Below, one piece after another: positions 42,417-52,395 of a stretch of DNA of 64,000 nt (its first letter is position 1; each line of letters begins with the position of its first letter). A model generated the notes under the pieces. It had not been told where the DNA came from, ran no database searches, and saw only the letters and a list, made by a program, of their open reading frames with translations. The position numbers and the translations under genes were made by a program. Origin of the DNA: Paraspadella gotoi (Eukaryota; Animalia; Chaetognatha); assembly GCA_051294375.1 (NCBI GenBank), contig CM119267.1, positions 3,584,192-3,648,191 of the forward strand, given 5' to 3'.

Positions 42417-43985
42417 ATGTCTTCGGATCAAGCGGCAGCCGAATCGGTCATGCAAGACCATTTTCCCCTTCATCGGTATTCGAATATAAACGTTAAAAAC
42501 TATGAAATTAGATAAAATTAGTTAATACCATTTAAGTTCAAAATAGAAGGCATTATATGGCCCGGACCATTAAATAAATATAATGCTGAAAGTGAAAATA
42601 ATATATATTTTCAGCGCGTGCCGCGATGGCGATCCCGCCGCCGTTTACGAGCTGGTCACCTCCGGCGAATTCGCCGTCTTCAGCGAAGATTCCTTCTTCG
42701 GTTGGACTCCCGCCCACTGGGCCGCACGCTTTGATCACATTCACTGTCTCGAGATCCTCTCTAGACAAACGGCGCTTGCCAAAACCAGCGACGTCCTCGT
42801 CAGCGGAACGCAACAGACGCCGTTGCACGTTGCGGCGGAGAACGGGGCCGTCGGCGCCGTGGAATGGCTGGTCAAGCGTCGCGCCAATCCCAACAAAAAG
42901 GTTTTTTTTTTTACACATGAGAAATACATATAACGCGAGATTTGGTTCGTCAGGTTTTGATTTGACATCTTTAGGATTATTCTGGCGAATCTCCTCTTCA
43001 CAAAAGCGCGCGGAGCGGAAACGTGCACTGCATCGTCACCTTGATCGAGAGCGGAGGAAACTGTGGCTTGAAAAATGATCGAGGTTCGTACGCATTAACT
43101 ATTACGTGAAAAGGAAATATATATAATATAATATATATAATATAATATAATAATATAATATATATTAAACGATCGATTATTTTCAGGAGAAACTCCGTCG
43201 GATCTCGCTCGCTCCATGGGCCACATAAACGCCGCCAACGTTTTGTCGGAACGGCAGATTGGCGGCGCTCTTCTTTTCGGAAATGACTCCGCCATCAATT
43301 TCCTTCCCCCTCGCACAAATTCTTTCTCCTCGAGAATGACTCGTATTCCGCTCGTCAATAATTCGCGACCGAAAAGAAATTGCGACCGGGACGAAGAGGA
43401 AACCATTCGCAAAAGGTATAAACAGATGAGCAGCAACGCAGTTCCCCTATCCTCCGGCTGCAGCAACCAGCCGCAGAAGGAAAAATACAAACCAAGGAAA
43501 AGATGCATAGTCAATTCCTCCTGTCGCTGAGGAACGGAGTGGCTAAAAAATCCCGGGGATCTCCCCGCGTGCCTCGCCCGGTTATAGAATAACAACCCGG
43601 CGTGCTTAGTCGTAATTATTTTTAACTATAATTTTAATTATAATTACGTTTGTACCCGCATCTCAGGATATGCCTCGGCGGTGGCGTTGACTTCGTTCCC
43701 AACCTCTCCACTCTTTTTGGAGGCGACTGCGAATCTCCCACCGACATGAAAACCGATGAGACCGCTGGATCGGATCAATCTCCTGACGAAGACGTTTCCA
43801 TGATGGAGGAGGAGACGACGCCGGAGCGCGAAGCCTCCCCCGGCGGCGCCATCCCGCCACATCTCATTCCGCCGGTGGACGCGTTGAGCCACGGCGTCGG
43901 AATGCCGCTCGGTATCGCCGGATTCGACGCCGGGAAACCCGCCCGGTCCAAATGCGTTTGGTTCCGGAGTTCTTGTTATATATGA
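42417..43985 (+). CDS. ANKRD10: Ankyrin repeat domain protein 10, 5 exons
   Basis: FPLHR|ACRDGD, EDSFFGWTPAHWAA, QTPLHVAA, DYSGESPLHKSARSGNVHCI, GETPSDLA, basic RPKR..RKR segment; last intron approx. 43416-43666. Confidence 0.85.
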
Positions 43986-44754
43986 GGCGTTGTCTTTTCC
44001 GAGGTCGCCTTGCAAACTTTTTTTTTCTTCCGTCTTTCTCAAAATCTCTGGCTAAATTCTCAATCAGCAAATTTTTGTTATTTCTTTGTTGGATTTTATG
44101 CGAAACTCGTCTTCGTGTTTCGTTTTCAGTGAAAAGGAGCTGTTAAAAATGCTGTATTAGCTTGGTTTTTTGGCGACATTGAGGCAGTTATGGTTTGTTT
44201 TTTTTTATTATTATTTTCCAACTACTTGGTAGGAAATATTGTTGCTGTGCCTTAATGCATATTATTTTTCTGTAGATATATTTAGATGTACGATTCCAGG
44301 ACAAGCTTTATCCATATTTTTTTTTGGTTATTTTTTTTTTTCAACGTCTATTTTGACGTTTTACAAGATCATTTATTGAATTCCGCTAATACTAAGGCCG
44401 CGCTTTATATATTTTTTTTCTCGTTTCTTATTCTGTACATTTTGTTGCTCCGTTATCACGATTCGTTTATTCAAATTGACTAATATTAAGAATCTCTCGC
44501 TCTTTTCCTGTCCAAAAAACCGTATTTCCTTTCAAAAAATCTTTTCCATATCACCGCTTGCTTTTTGTCTCAACCACTTTCTGTGGGTTTAATTTTTTGC
44601 TTATATCCTTTCATCATGGTGCTAAGCAATCAATTATTGGTTTTTTTTTTTAGCTATCTGGTAGACAATGATTACACCTTTGCTAGTTACTACATTTGTT
44701 CCTTTACCTAAATCGATTTACTTATTATTCTCTTAGTTGCCGAACCAAGAAAAA

Positions 44755-46034
44755 ATGGGTCCCCCTAAACCCTTGATCGAGACCATGTTAATAACCTTTT
44801 TCGACTTTGTGGAGATTACGGCCTCTTTACTCGCCCCTTTCTTTCAATGGCTTAGGCCTCGAATTTGTGACGCTCCGTCTTGCCCCGTCGCCCCTGCGTC
44901 CTTCTGGCCTTTTTCGTCCAAGACGAACGAGTACGACGACGAAGCCGCTGACAATTGCGTCGTGCGAATGACGCTCGTGCTCTTCGCCATTTTCGTCGTC
45001 GTCGCCGTCCTCTGCTTTAGACTCCAGCAGTTCCTTTCTTCTCTCGCTAAGAGACTTGGTTGGAACACGGAGACGCGCGGCACCAACACCTCGACTCGTG
45101 GCACGAACACGCCGCCGCCGATCGAAACAACCGCGGTGGAGACGGCGACGGATCCTGAAGCTGAGACGGTGAACGGGGCGACGGTCGAACGGACCGATTC
45201 CGGTATCTCCAACGACGCTGACGAAGATGCTCTCAAGTACGATCCGTCGATCCCCGCTCAAATATTTTTTTTTTTATGCTTAAATTCATACGTGTTCCTT
45301 TTCCACTCCATTTTTTTTGTTTAGTTGCGCCGCGAGTACTCGCGGAGCAACTCTATAAGTCACTTTTCGGTCAGTCGGTCGGTATGTCTGTCTGTCGGTC
45401 TGTCTCACTTACATTAAAAACGCTTATATTATAATTTGCCTATAGTTTGTGGCTCATTTGTTGAAAATCAAATCTCAGCGACTACTGCCGCCGCTTTTTG
45501 TTTTTTAAAAAAATAAGTAAATAAGTAAAAAAAAAATAATGCAGCGCAACACCTTGGAATAACTGTTCCTTGTTTTCAGTCGAATGAACGTCCTCCTTCG
45601 ATCCCTGACCGGCGCCGCTCGCGACGTCGGCTTTGCCGTCGGCGATAAAGAATCTCGAATCGAGGAATTGAGTTTCGAGAATCGCGCTCTGCGTCAGTGT
45701 CTCGACGACGAAGAGCAGGTGAAGACTTTAGATTTATTCGCTTATTAAGAATTTTGTTGACTTATTTCGTAATAAGTCAGAAATGCAATCACTTGTAAAA
45801 TGTAGAATCGTCATTCCTGGGATATATTTATAATACTAATAAATATATAATTATTAATATTAATATTTTTCCTTTCAGCTTATGAATTGCGTGGTCTGCA
45901 AATCCGAGCGTCGAAACGTCATCCTTTTTCCTTGCCGCCATTTGTGCCTTTGTGAAACCTGCGCCTGTCACAACTTCGTCGAGTGTCCTTACTGCAGGAC
46001 TCGCTGCACCAAGCAGGAAAAGATCTTTCTCTGA
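44755..46034 (+). CDS. Membrane-anchored RING-HC E3 ligase (RNF26/MUL1-type C-terminal RING), 3 exons
   Basis: Exons approx. 44755-45236, 45580-45718, 45879-46034. TM LVLFAIFVVVAVLCF, a coiled coil, and CVVCKSERRNVILFPCRHLCLCETCA..CPYCR..KIFL*. Confidence 0.85.
45320..45574 (+). mobile_element. Non-autonomous Helentron-associated element (HINE/DINE-1-like) in RING gene intron 1
   Basis: T-run; palindrome agttgcgccgcgagtactcgcggagcaact (45323-45352); GTCG/GTCT microsatellite (approx. 45369-45405); 3' subterminal inverted repeat gcgcaac (45544-45550); hairpin ggaa-taactg-ttcc; terminal ttgtt. Confidence 0.75.
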
Positions 46035-46694
46035 TTAATTCAATGAAGCATAGACGAATATTATATTTTTCAATCCAAACATGCCGCGCAGCGAATCATG
46101 TCGACCTTTAATGTGATTCTTTGGTAGCTCATGACGAAAATTCTCAAGTTGATGTTTTTCTTAATCATCTCAGGGAAGAATCTCTAGAAAATCAGGTAGA
46201 TATTACCTGATTGCCATCAAGTCCAGAATTATAGATGATTTGGTTTTCGTTTTTCGACTCCAACCACCTCACAGTGGCCTTTTTCAGAAAAACAAATTGA
46301 TTTGTATGATTATTTTCATGCAGTATTCTTATTTAGTTAATACCGATGTCTTCCTTATTTCTTGACATGAAATGAAACGCATTCTTCCGTGTAGTACATA
46401 TATGGATTACACGGTGTGTGACTCATTTTATAAAACGCATTTTTATTTTTCGGATTAACACATCGCAGTGTTATTCTTTATTGATATGAATGTTTGATTC
46501 AATTTATTACAATTTTTGGAATACTCTTATTTAAATTGTGTCGACTTATTATTTTACAAGAATTTTTAGTTTAAGACTTTCAATCAGTTAGTTTCTTTAA
46601 TGCCTATGTTTACTACTTTAGTTCACCTCAACTCCCTCTTTAGTCTTTACCCCCGTCCTACTTTATAAGCCAAAAAAAGAGGAAAACTTTCATT

Positions 46695-49600
46695 ATGAAA
46701 ACCGAATACGAGGAGCTGGTCTCCTCACAACTTCGGTTGCCGACGGGGTTTTCGCGCTCTGAGGACGAGGGCAATCGCGTGACGATCTTGACGACTTGTG
46801 ATTGGTTGACTTTCGTCCAATCGCAAGGTCGTCTACCTAACGAGGACGTCCTTTCGGGGCGAATATCAGAGGACGATCGTGTCAGAAATTTGGCCCCGTC
46901 CACCCAACTGGTTCCGGCGCCTTGGATTCGAGTTCGCGTCATCGTGGAACCCAAAAGCGACGCCGTCGTTCAGGTCGTAGTCGATAGCGACGCCGAGGAA
47001 TCGGGCCCCGGCGAGACTCCCTTTTTAAATCTTGCTTCCTTCGTGGCTGACTCGTTCTACGAAAACGTTTGGCGGTCGTTCAACGGCGGCGACCGACCGC
47101 CTCGTCGGCGCATCGTCGAAAAAAGAAGGGACGATGCCGTCGTCGCGGCGTTGGAGGCGCTCTACGAGCCCGGCGAAGCTCGAGACGGCGTGGGCGTGGG
47201 ACTCTCCGAGGATCCCACGGCTTCCTCGATCTCGACGACGGGTGGTCACCCAAACATTGACCCATGCTACTGCGTGCTCGACTGCCGCAAAGCAGTATTG
47301 ATTCTACAGCCTTATTCCCCGTTCAGCCTTTTTCACGCGGCCACGTACACCCAGTCGCTGTTGACGGACAACTACGCAAAGTCGCTCTTCGTCTCGTACC
47401 AAATTTTGAGAGCCATGTCGTTTTGTCACTCACGCGGACTTTACTTGGGCGATCTCAGACTCGACGACGTTAGCGTCAACGAGAAACTTTGGGTGAAAAT
47501 ATTCCCTAAATCTTTGGAGGACACTTTCGTCGGGGGAGATAATCGTCGGGGGAATGAAGGGAAGTCGCTATGCGAATCTGGAGTCGATTGGAAAAAACCG
47601 CTCAATGTTTTGACCCAGCAGTGGGTGGAAGGACTCATTTCCAACTTTGACTATCTTATGCTATTGAACCGACTGGCGGGTAAAGTGAAAGGCGATCCCA
47701 ACAATCATCCCATTCTTCCTTGGGTCGTTGATTTTTTGAGCCCTCAGAACTATAGGGATTTGACCAAATCTAAATACAGACTTAACAAAGGAGATCACCA
47801 GCTGGATTTGATGTACGAGTCACAACAACTACAAATACCTGTTGCCCACGATGTCGGAAATTGTTTTCATCAAGATTTTGCTCGCACGCCTCACCATATT
47901 TCCGATATGCTCTCTGACATCACCTACTACGTTTACTGCGCCAGACGCATCGACAAAAGCACATTATGCGCTCACGTGCGAAGCAATTGGGTTCCAAACG
48001 AGTATCCCTCTTCCATGCAGAGGATGTATCTTTGGACCCCCGACGAATGCATCCCCGAATTTTATACGGAGCCCTCGATCTTTACATCGATTCACGAAGA
48101 TCTTCCAAACTTGGACATTCCGCACTGGGCCGAAAGTCCCGAAGACTTTATTGTCAAGCACCGTCAGATTTTAGATGGTCCCTACGTATCGAGACATTTG
48201 CATCATTGGATCAATCTTACCTTTGGTTATATGCTCTCTGGTCAGCCCGCTGTTTCGAATAAGAATGTTTGCTTGAGATTGGTTGACGGCCATGAAGAAA
48301 TTAGTGCTCACGGAGTTGTACAATTATTTACTCATCCTCACCCTCAAAAACTAGTCAAAGAGATCAATCAGCCGAGTATAATCGAAACTAATAACCTTAG
48401 AGTAAACATAGAATTAAATGCTGATGATTTATCAAACTGTCACATAGCGATCTCCACTCCATTTACTGACACCCACACAGAAGATGCTATTGAAGCATCT
48501 GTTGAATCTACTGAAAAAAAATCTTCAAAGTCTTCTAAGGATGAAAGTAAACGACTTTCGATTGATTCTAAAATTTTATTACCTGAAGGCTTTAATCCAT
48601 TAGCACAGCTCGAGGGAGTTGAGGCTCTTTATAATTTTGTGTCTAAAAGCATGCATCGTACTCCACAAAGCGATGTTTGTGCAATTGATAACAGTGACTC
48701 GATATCACAATCGAGGGTTCAGCGTGATATGGAATGTTTTGCTGTTCTGATGGCGGAAATGATACTCGCTAAACGACTTCGGTTTGAGCTAGGTGACAAA
48801 TTGCTATCTTGGGAAGAACGACGCCAAATCGTAAGGACTGTGTTTGGAGAAAGATTCACTGAAATTCCACGACCATTCAGGCGGATCCTAAAAATTTTGT
48901 TGCTCGAAGGTTCCATCGAGTCCAACTTTTACGGAGCGCCCTTGACTCCTTATGTTCTCTTACATCCTCTTGTTGACATTATTGCATTTCCAGCTTTTTT
49001 TTCGGAGCTTTATTCGTTTATAAAGAAATTACATTTTTTCAACGATAGCCATTGTAGTTATTCAGAAAGCACGTCCAATTTGGCAAATACTGAAAGTCGC
49101 AACAAAGTTGACTTGTGCGCGAAAGTGTTGCCATCTTTATTACCAAATCTCACTGGCGAATGTCAAGAGATACTTTTGCCTTACCTAAAGGACCTATTTA
49201 TTAATCCACAGACCGCGGTGGCCTCTGCATGGCACTTGTTTGGTATCATTGCCACCAATTTCGGACCCGAGAAGATTATCAAGGATTTTTTGCCATCTTT
49301 AGTTAAACTTTTTCAAGATGAAGGCTCCACCTCAAAACACATGAAACTTTACCATAGAACTTTCATGTTACAGATGATGGTTGGTCTTGGCCTGCAAACC
49401 TTTTTATTGTCATTTTCGACGCTTTTAGTTGAGGCTACCGCTGGTTTCAAAAATTTCGACGATGATTTTATTGAAACGGTCGAAGTCGAAATTAAGGAAA
49501 TTCCTGATGAGATTCTTCTTCGTCAAGAAACTTATTCTGAAAATGAGGAAGAAAATTCTATCGTGAGATCTGCCAGTTCACAAACAAAATCTGATAGTTC

Positions 49601-52247
49601 TTCATCTACTGATGTTTTTGATCGCCTCGACTTGGGTCCAGTTTTGGAAACGGATTCTGACTGTGAAAGAAATATTTCGGACGATGACAATGAGAGCGTC
49701 ACGTTAACCGAGCCTGTAAAAAGGTTTGAAGTGGATATTGTTGACATCGACAGTTGCAATTTGTTAGGTACATCAGTTCACAGTATTTCTCGTGTCATCG
49801 ATGCGACTAGCAGGAGGGCTCGTGAAAAAGTATCCGATGTAAGCAATGGCAGCATATGTTCAAATGACAATGTAGAAAGTGCAGGAAATTTGGAAGATTC
49901 GTTGAAATCCAGTGGCACTGGTAGAAGTTCTGGATTTTCAACGGAGCAATGCAACATTTCTACAGTTTCTTCCGAGACAATAAAATGGCTGACTTATCGA
50001 CTGGGCCCTGTTCTAACTACAAAATATATCAGTGGAAATTTGTTAAAAATGCTCTCTTTGTGTTACCTCGGTTCAGATCAACTGCAACAACCTTTTGGTG
50101 ATAGAGAAATCGCTAAACTTTGGTACACTGTTAATGGAGATTTTAATGCGAAAAATGTTCTCGATTGTCTTTCGAGCATCGCTGTACAATATGGAGAGCA
50201 GATCATTCTTCTTCACTATTTTCCTTATCTAGCGGAGCTTATTAGCTCCTGTTCTCGGAAGAATAGATTAAACACAAGGACAGAAGCCGGACTAGTTTCG
50301 GCGATGGTTTTGTTAAGACATTGCCTTCCACTTCTAGCCGATCAAACTCTAATGGATTATTTGCCGGACGTCGTTTTCAGAGACATTTTAAATCCGACGA
50401 TCCAATTGATTTCCAGCCCGAGCCTAGGGTTTCCATCCGGAGCCTTATCGCGATCCGTTATCTGCTTTAAACTCATCGATGTCATGATGATGGTATCTCT
50501 TCGTATTGGTTTCGAAATGACGAGGAAGATGATGACGACTCTATTGACCAAATTCTTCGCTTGTTTCGACAACGTGCATTCTTCCCCAGGAACGGAAGAT
50601 TCTAAAGAGATAATCGCCAATTATATCGATGTCGATGCTCACACCGGTCACTTTGAGAAAGAAAAACCTTCGCAATCGCAATTTCAGTCTTTCGCGGATG
50701 CGAAAGAGGTCAAACACGTTCGCTCTTCGAGTCTTTATTCTTTATCCGCGTTGAACATGGAATCTAAAGAGAGCGAAGTATCGGAGAAGGAGGCGAGCCC
50801 CTCGGAGGACGAAGAGCAAAACAAGGCAGAGTTGAAGAAAGTCTTTACATCCGGGTTAGCGCATTCGGTTTACGTTCCGTTCTGTAAATTAGCCGGAAAC
50901 ATTCACCTCGATCAGACACTTACCAACAAAGATTTGATTCACTCACTCGTCGCCAAAGTCGAAAGTTCCTTCGCTAACGAGGCGGAAAATTTATCCGCCG
51001 ATCCTCGAATGACCAAGGCGGGTTCGGGGACAGGTTCTTGCAATCCCTCTTCCGTCAGTGGCAACTTTGGGAAAGACGTTGCCGTCTCCGGAAATAGAAT
51101 AAACCTCTCAAGTTTGGGTGAAACAGCCACGCCTCCAAGTCCCGCTCGGCCAACGCTCTCACCCGATTTGGAATCGCGAGCCTTGGTCGATTTGACATCC
51201 GTCGATGTTGGCCAATTGAAGAGTTTCGACATGCAGAACGGGAATCGGCATTTGAAAGGCAACTGGCTTCAGTATTGGGAACACGAAATCGGACTGAGCG
51301 CTCAAGACGCCAACAGTTTCGAATTCAAAGGAATTAGATTGCAGTCCTTCGTGGGTCACGCCGGTTCCGTTCGCTCTCTCTGGGTCCTCGACAACGAAAA
51401 CTCTTTCCTCAGCGCGTCCAAGGACAAAACCGTCAAGCTCTGGTCGATTAAAAATTTCGGGGACGGATTGGGAAGAACCTATTCTCGGTGGACTTATCCC
51501 CATCACAAAAAATCCGTGTTTTCCGTCATGTTTCTCAACTCTTTGCGATTAGTGGCCTCATGCGATTCCACCGTTCACCTCTGGGATCCCTTCATTGCTT
51601 CCGTCGTTCATCAATACGACGCCAACAAACTTCCGCCGGTCAGCGTGCTCGCCCCCGTACCGGCGCCTTCTTCCACTCTCGTCGCCGCCACGACCGACAG
51701 CTCGTTGAAGTTGCTCGATTGTCGAAATCCCGCCGCCGTCAACCTGCCCGACCTCCGCGTTTCCTTGGGGTCCGTCGGTCCGATCCGCTGCGTGGCCGTT
51801 TCCCCCGACGGATCGTGGGTCGCATGCGGGTTTTCATCCGGGATGATCGGCGTCGTTGATCTCCGCACCGGCCTCATTTTGGGCATGTGGAAGGCGCACG
51901 AGGGAGAAGTGTACAAGGTGGAAGCCTTCGATCGCTCCACCATCGTCACTTCCTCCTTCGATCAATCCATTCAAGTTTGGGACATCCACGCCAAAAAGAG
52001 AATGACTCATCTTAAGGGTCACATGGAACCCGCCCATTGTCTCGCTTTTTTCAAATCCATGGTCCTTTCGGCGACGACGTCCAACCGGATCGGCGTGCAT
52101 TCCAACATCACCGCCAACTCCTCCTTCGCAGTCTCCAAACTTCACACGGATGTCTTCAAGGGGGTTTTGACCACCATGTCGATTTTGCCCTTAAATCGGC
52201 TGCTGCTTTTGGGCGCCGACAATGGCAACATCAAATTGTGCTGTTAG
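46695..52247 (+). CDS. WDR81: WD repeat and BEACH domain protein 81, intronless, 1850 aa
   Basis: BEACH (WVEGLISNFDYLMLLNRLAG, HPILPWVVDF, RDLTKSKYRLNKGD.QLD, WTPDECIPEFY), HLKGNWLQYWEHEIG, and C-terminal WD40s (FLSASKDKTVKLW). Confidence 0.95.
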   Translation: MKTEYEELVSSQLRLPTGFSRSEDEGNRVTILTTCDWLTFVQSQGRLPNEDVLSGRISEDDRVRNLAPSTQLVPAPWIRVRVIVEPKSDAVVQVVVDSDAEESGPGETPFLNLASFVADSFYENVWRSFNGGDRPPRRRIVEKRRDDAVVAALEALYEPGEARDGVGVGLSEDPTASSISTTGGHPNIDPCYCVLDCRKAVLILQPYSPFSLFHAATYTQSLLTDNYAKSLFVSYQILRAMSFCHSRGLYLGDLRLDDVSVNEKLWVKIFPKSLEDTFVGGDNRRGNEGKSLCESGVDWKKPLNVLTQQWVEGLISNFDYLMLLNRLAGKVKGDPNNHPILPWVVDFLSPQNYRDLTKSKYRLNKGDHQLDLMYESQQLQIPVAHDVGNCFHQDFARTPHHISDMLSDITYYVYCARRIDKSTLCAHVRSNWVPNEYPSSMQRMYLWTPDECIPEFYTEPSIFTSIHEDLPNLDIPHWAESPEDFIVKHRQILDGPYVSRHLHHWINLTFGYMLSGQPAVSNKNVCLRLVDGHEEISAHGVVQLFTHPHPQKLVKEINQPSIIETNNLRVNIELNADDLSNCHIAISTPFTDTHTEDAIEASVESTEKKSSKSSKDESKRLSIDSKILLPEGFNPLAQLEGVEALYNFVSKSMHRTPQSDVCAIDNSDSISQSRVQRDMECFAVLMAEMILAKRLRFELGDKLLSWEERRQIVRTVFGERFTEIPRPFRRILKILLLEGSIESNFYGAPLTPYVLLHPLVDIIAFPAFFSELYSFIKKLHFFNDSHCSYSESTSNLANTESRNKVDLCAKVLPSLLPNLTGECQEILLPYLKDLFINPQTAVASAWHLFGIIATNFGPEKIIKDFLPSLVKLFQDEGSTSKHMKLYHRTFMLQMMVGLGLQTFLLSFSTLLVEATAGFKNFDDDFIETVEVEIKEIPDEILLRQETYSENEEENSIVRSASSQTKSDSSSSTDVFDRLDLGPVLETDSDCERNISDDDNESVTLTEPVKRFEVDIVDIDSCNLLGTSVHSISRVIDATSRRAREKVSDVSNGSICSNDNVESAGNLEDSLKSSGTGRSSGFSTEQCNISTVSSETIKWLTYRLGPVLTTKYISGNLLKMLSLCYLGSDQLQQPFGDREIAKLWYTVNGDFNAKNVLDCLSSIAVQYGEQIILLHYFPYLAELISSCSRKNRLNTRTEAGLVSAMVLLRHCLPLLADQTLMDYLPDVVFRDILNPTIQLISSPSLGFPSGALSRSVICFKLIDVMMMVSLRIGFEMTRKMMTTLLTKFFACFDNVHSSPGTEDSKEIIANYIDVDAHTGHFEKEKPSQSQFQSFADAKEVKHVRSSSLYSLSALNMESKESEVSEKEASPSEDEEQNKAELKKVFTSGLAHSVYVPFCKLAGNIHLDQTLTNKDLIHSLVAKVESSFANEAENLSADPRMTKAGSGTGSCNPSSVSGNFGKDVAVSGNRINLSSLGETATPPSPARPTLSPDLESRALVDLTSVDVGQLKSFDMQNGNRHLKGNWLQYWEHEIGLSAQDANSFEFKGIRLQSFVGHAGSVRSLWVLDNENSFLSASKDKTVKLWSIKNFGDGLGRTYSRWTYPHHKKSVFSVMFLNSLRLVASCDSTVHLWDPFIASVVHQYDANKLPPVSVLAPVPAPSSTLVAATTDSSLKLLDCRNPAAVNLPDLRVSLGSVGPIRCVAVSPDGSWVACGFSSGMIGVVDLRTGLILGMWKAHEGEVYKVEAFDRSTIVTSSFDQSIQVWDIHAKKRMTHLKGHMEPAHCLAFFKSMVLSATTSNRIGVHSNITANSSFAVSKLHTDVFKGVLTTMSILPLNRLLLLGADNGNIKLCC

Positions 52248-52395
52248 TCTCCTTTTTTTCTTTTAATTTTTTTTTTACGCGACTTATACCCCAGAGTTTC
52301 ATTACTTTTTATTTACTCGTTTTATGGTTTATACAGTATTTATAGGAGGCGATGAAGGAATAACTAATAGTTTTTCCTCCGCGGTAAAAGGGACG

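Noticed and set aside
43115-43166. AT-only quasi-palindromic tract in an ANKRD10 intron
   Set aside because: Ordinary low-complexity (TA/TAA)n sequence.
46100-46170. ATGA...AA...GA SECIS-like pattern after the RING gene
   Set aside because: No stable stem pairing, and no in-frame TGA needing recoding in the upstream gene.
46190-46212. Perfect 9-bp hairpin aatcaggta-gatat-tacctgatt containing AG|GT, considered as an SL RNA
   Set aside because: No convincing Sm site or further stem-loops, and no leader sequence is available to compare.
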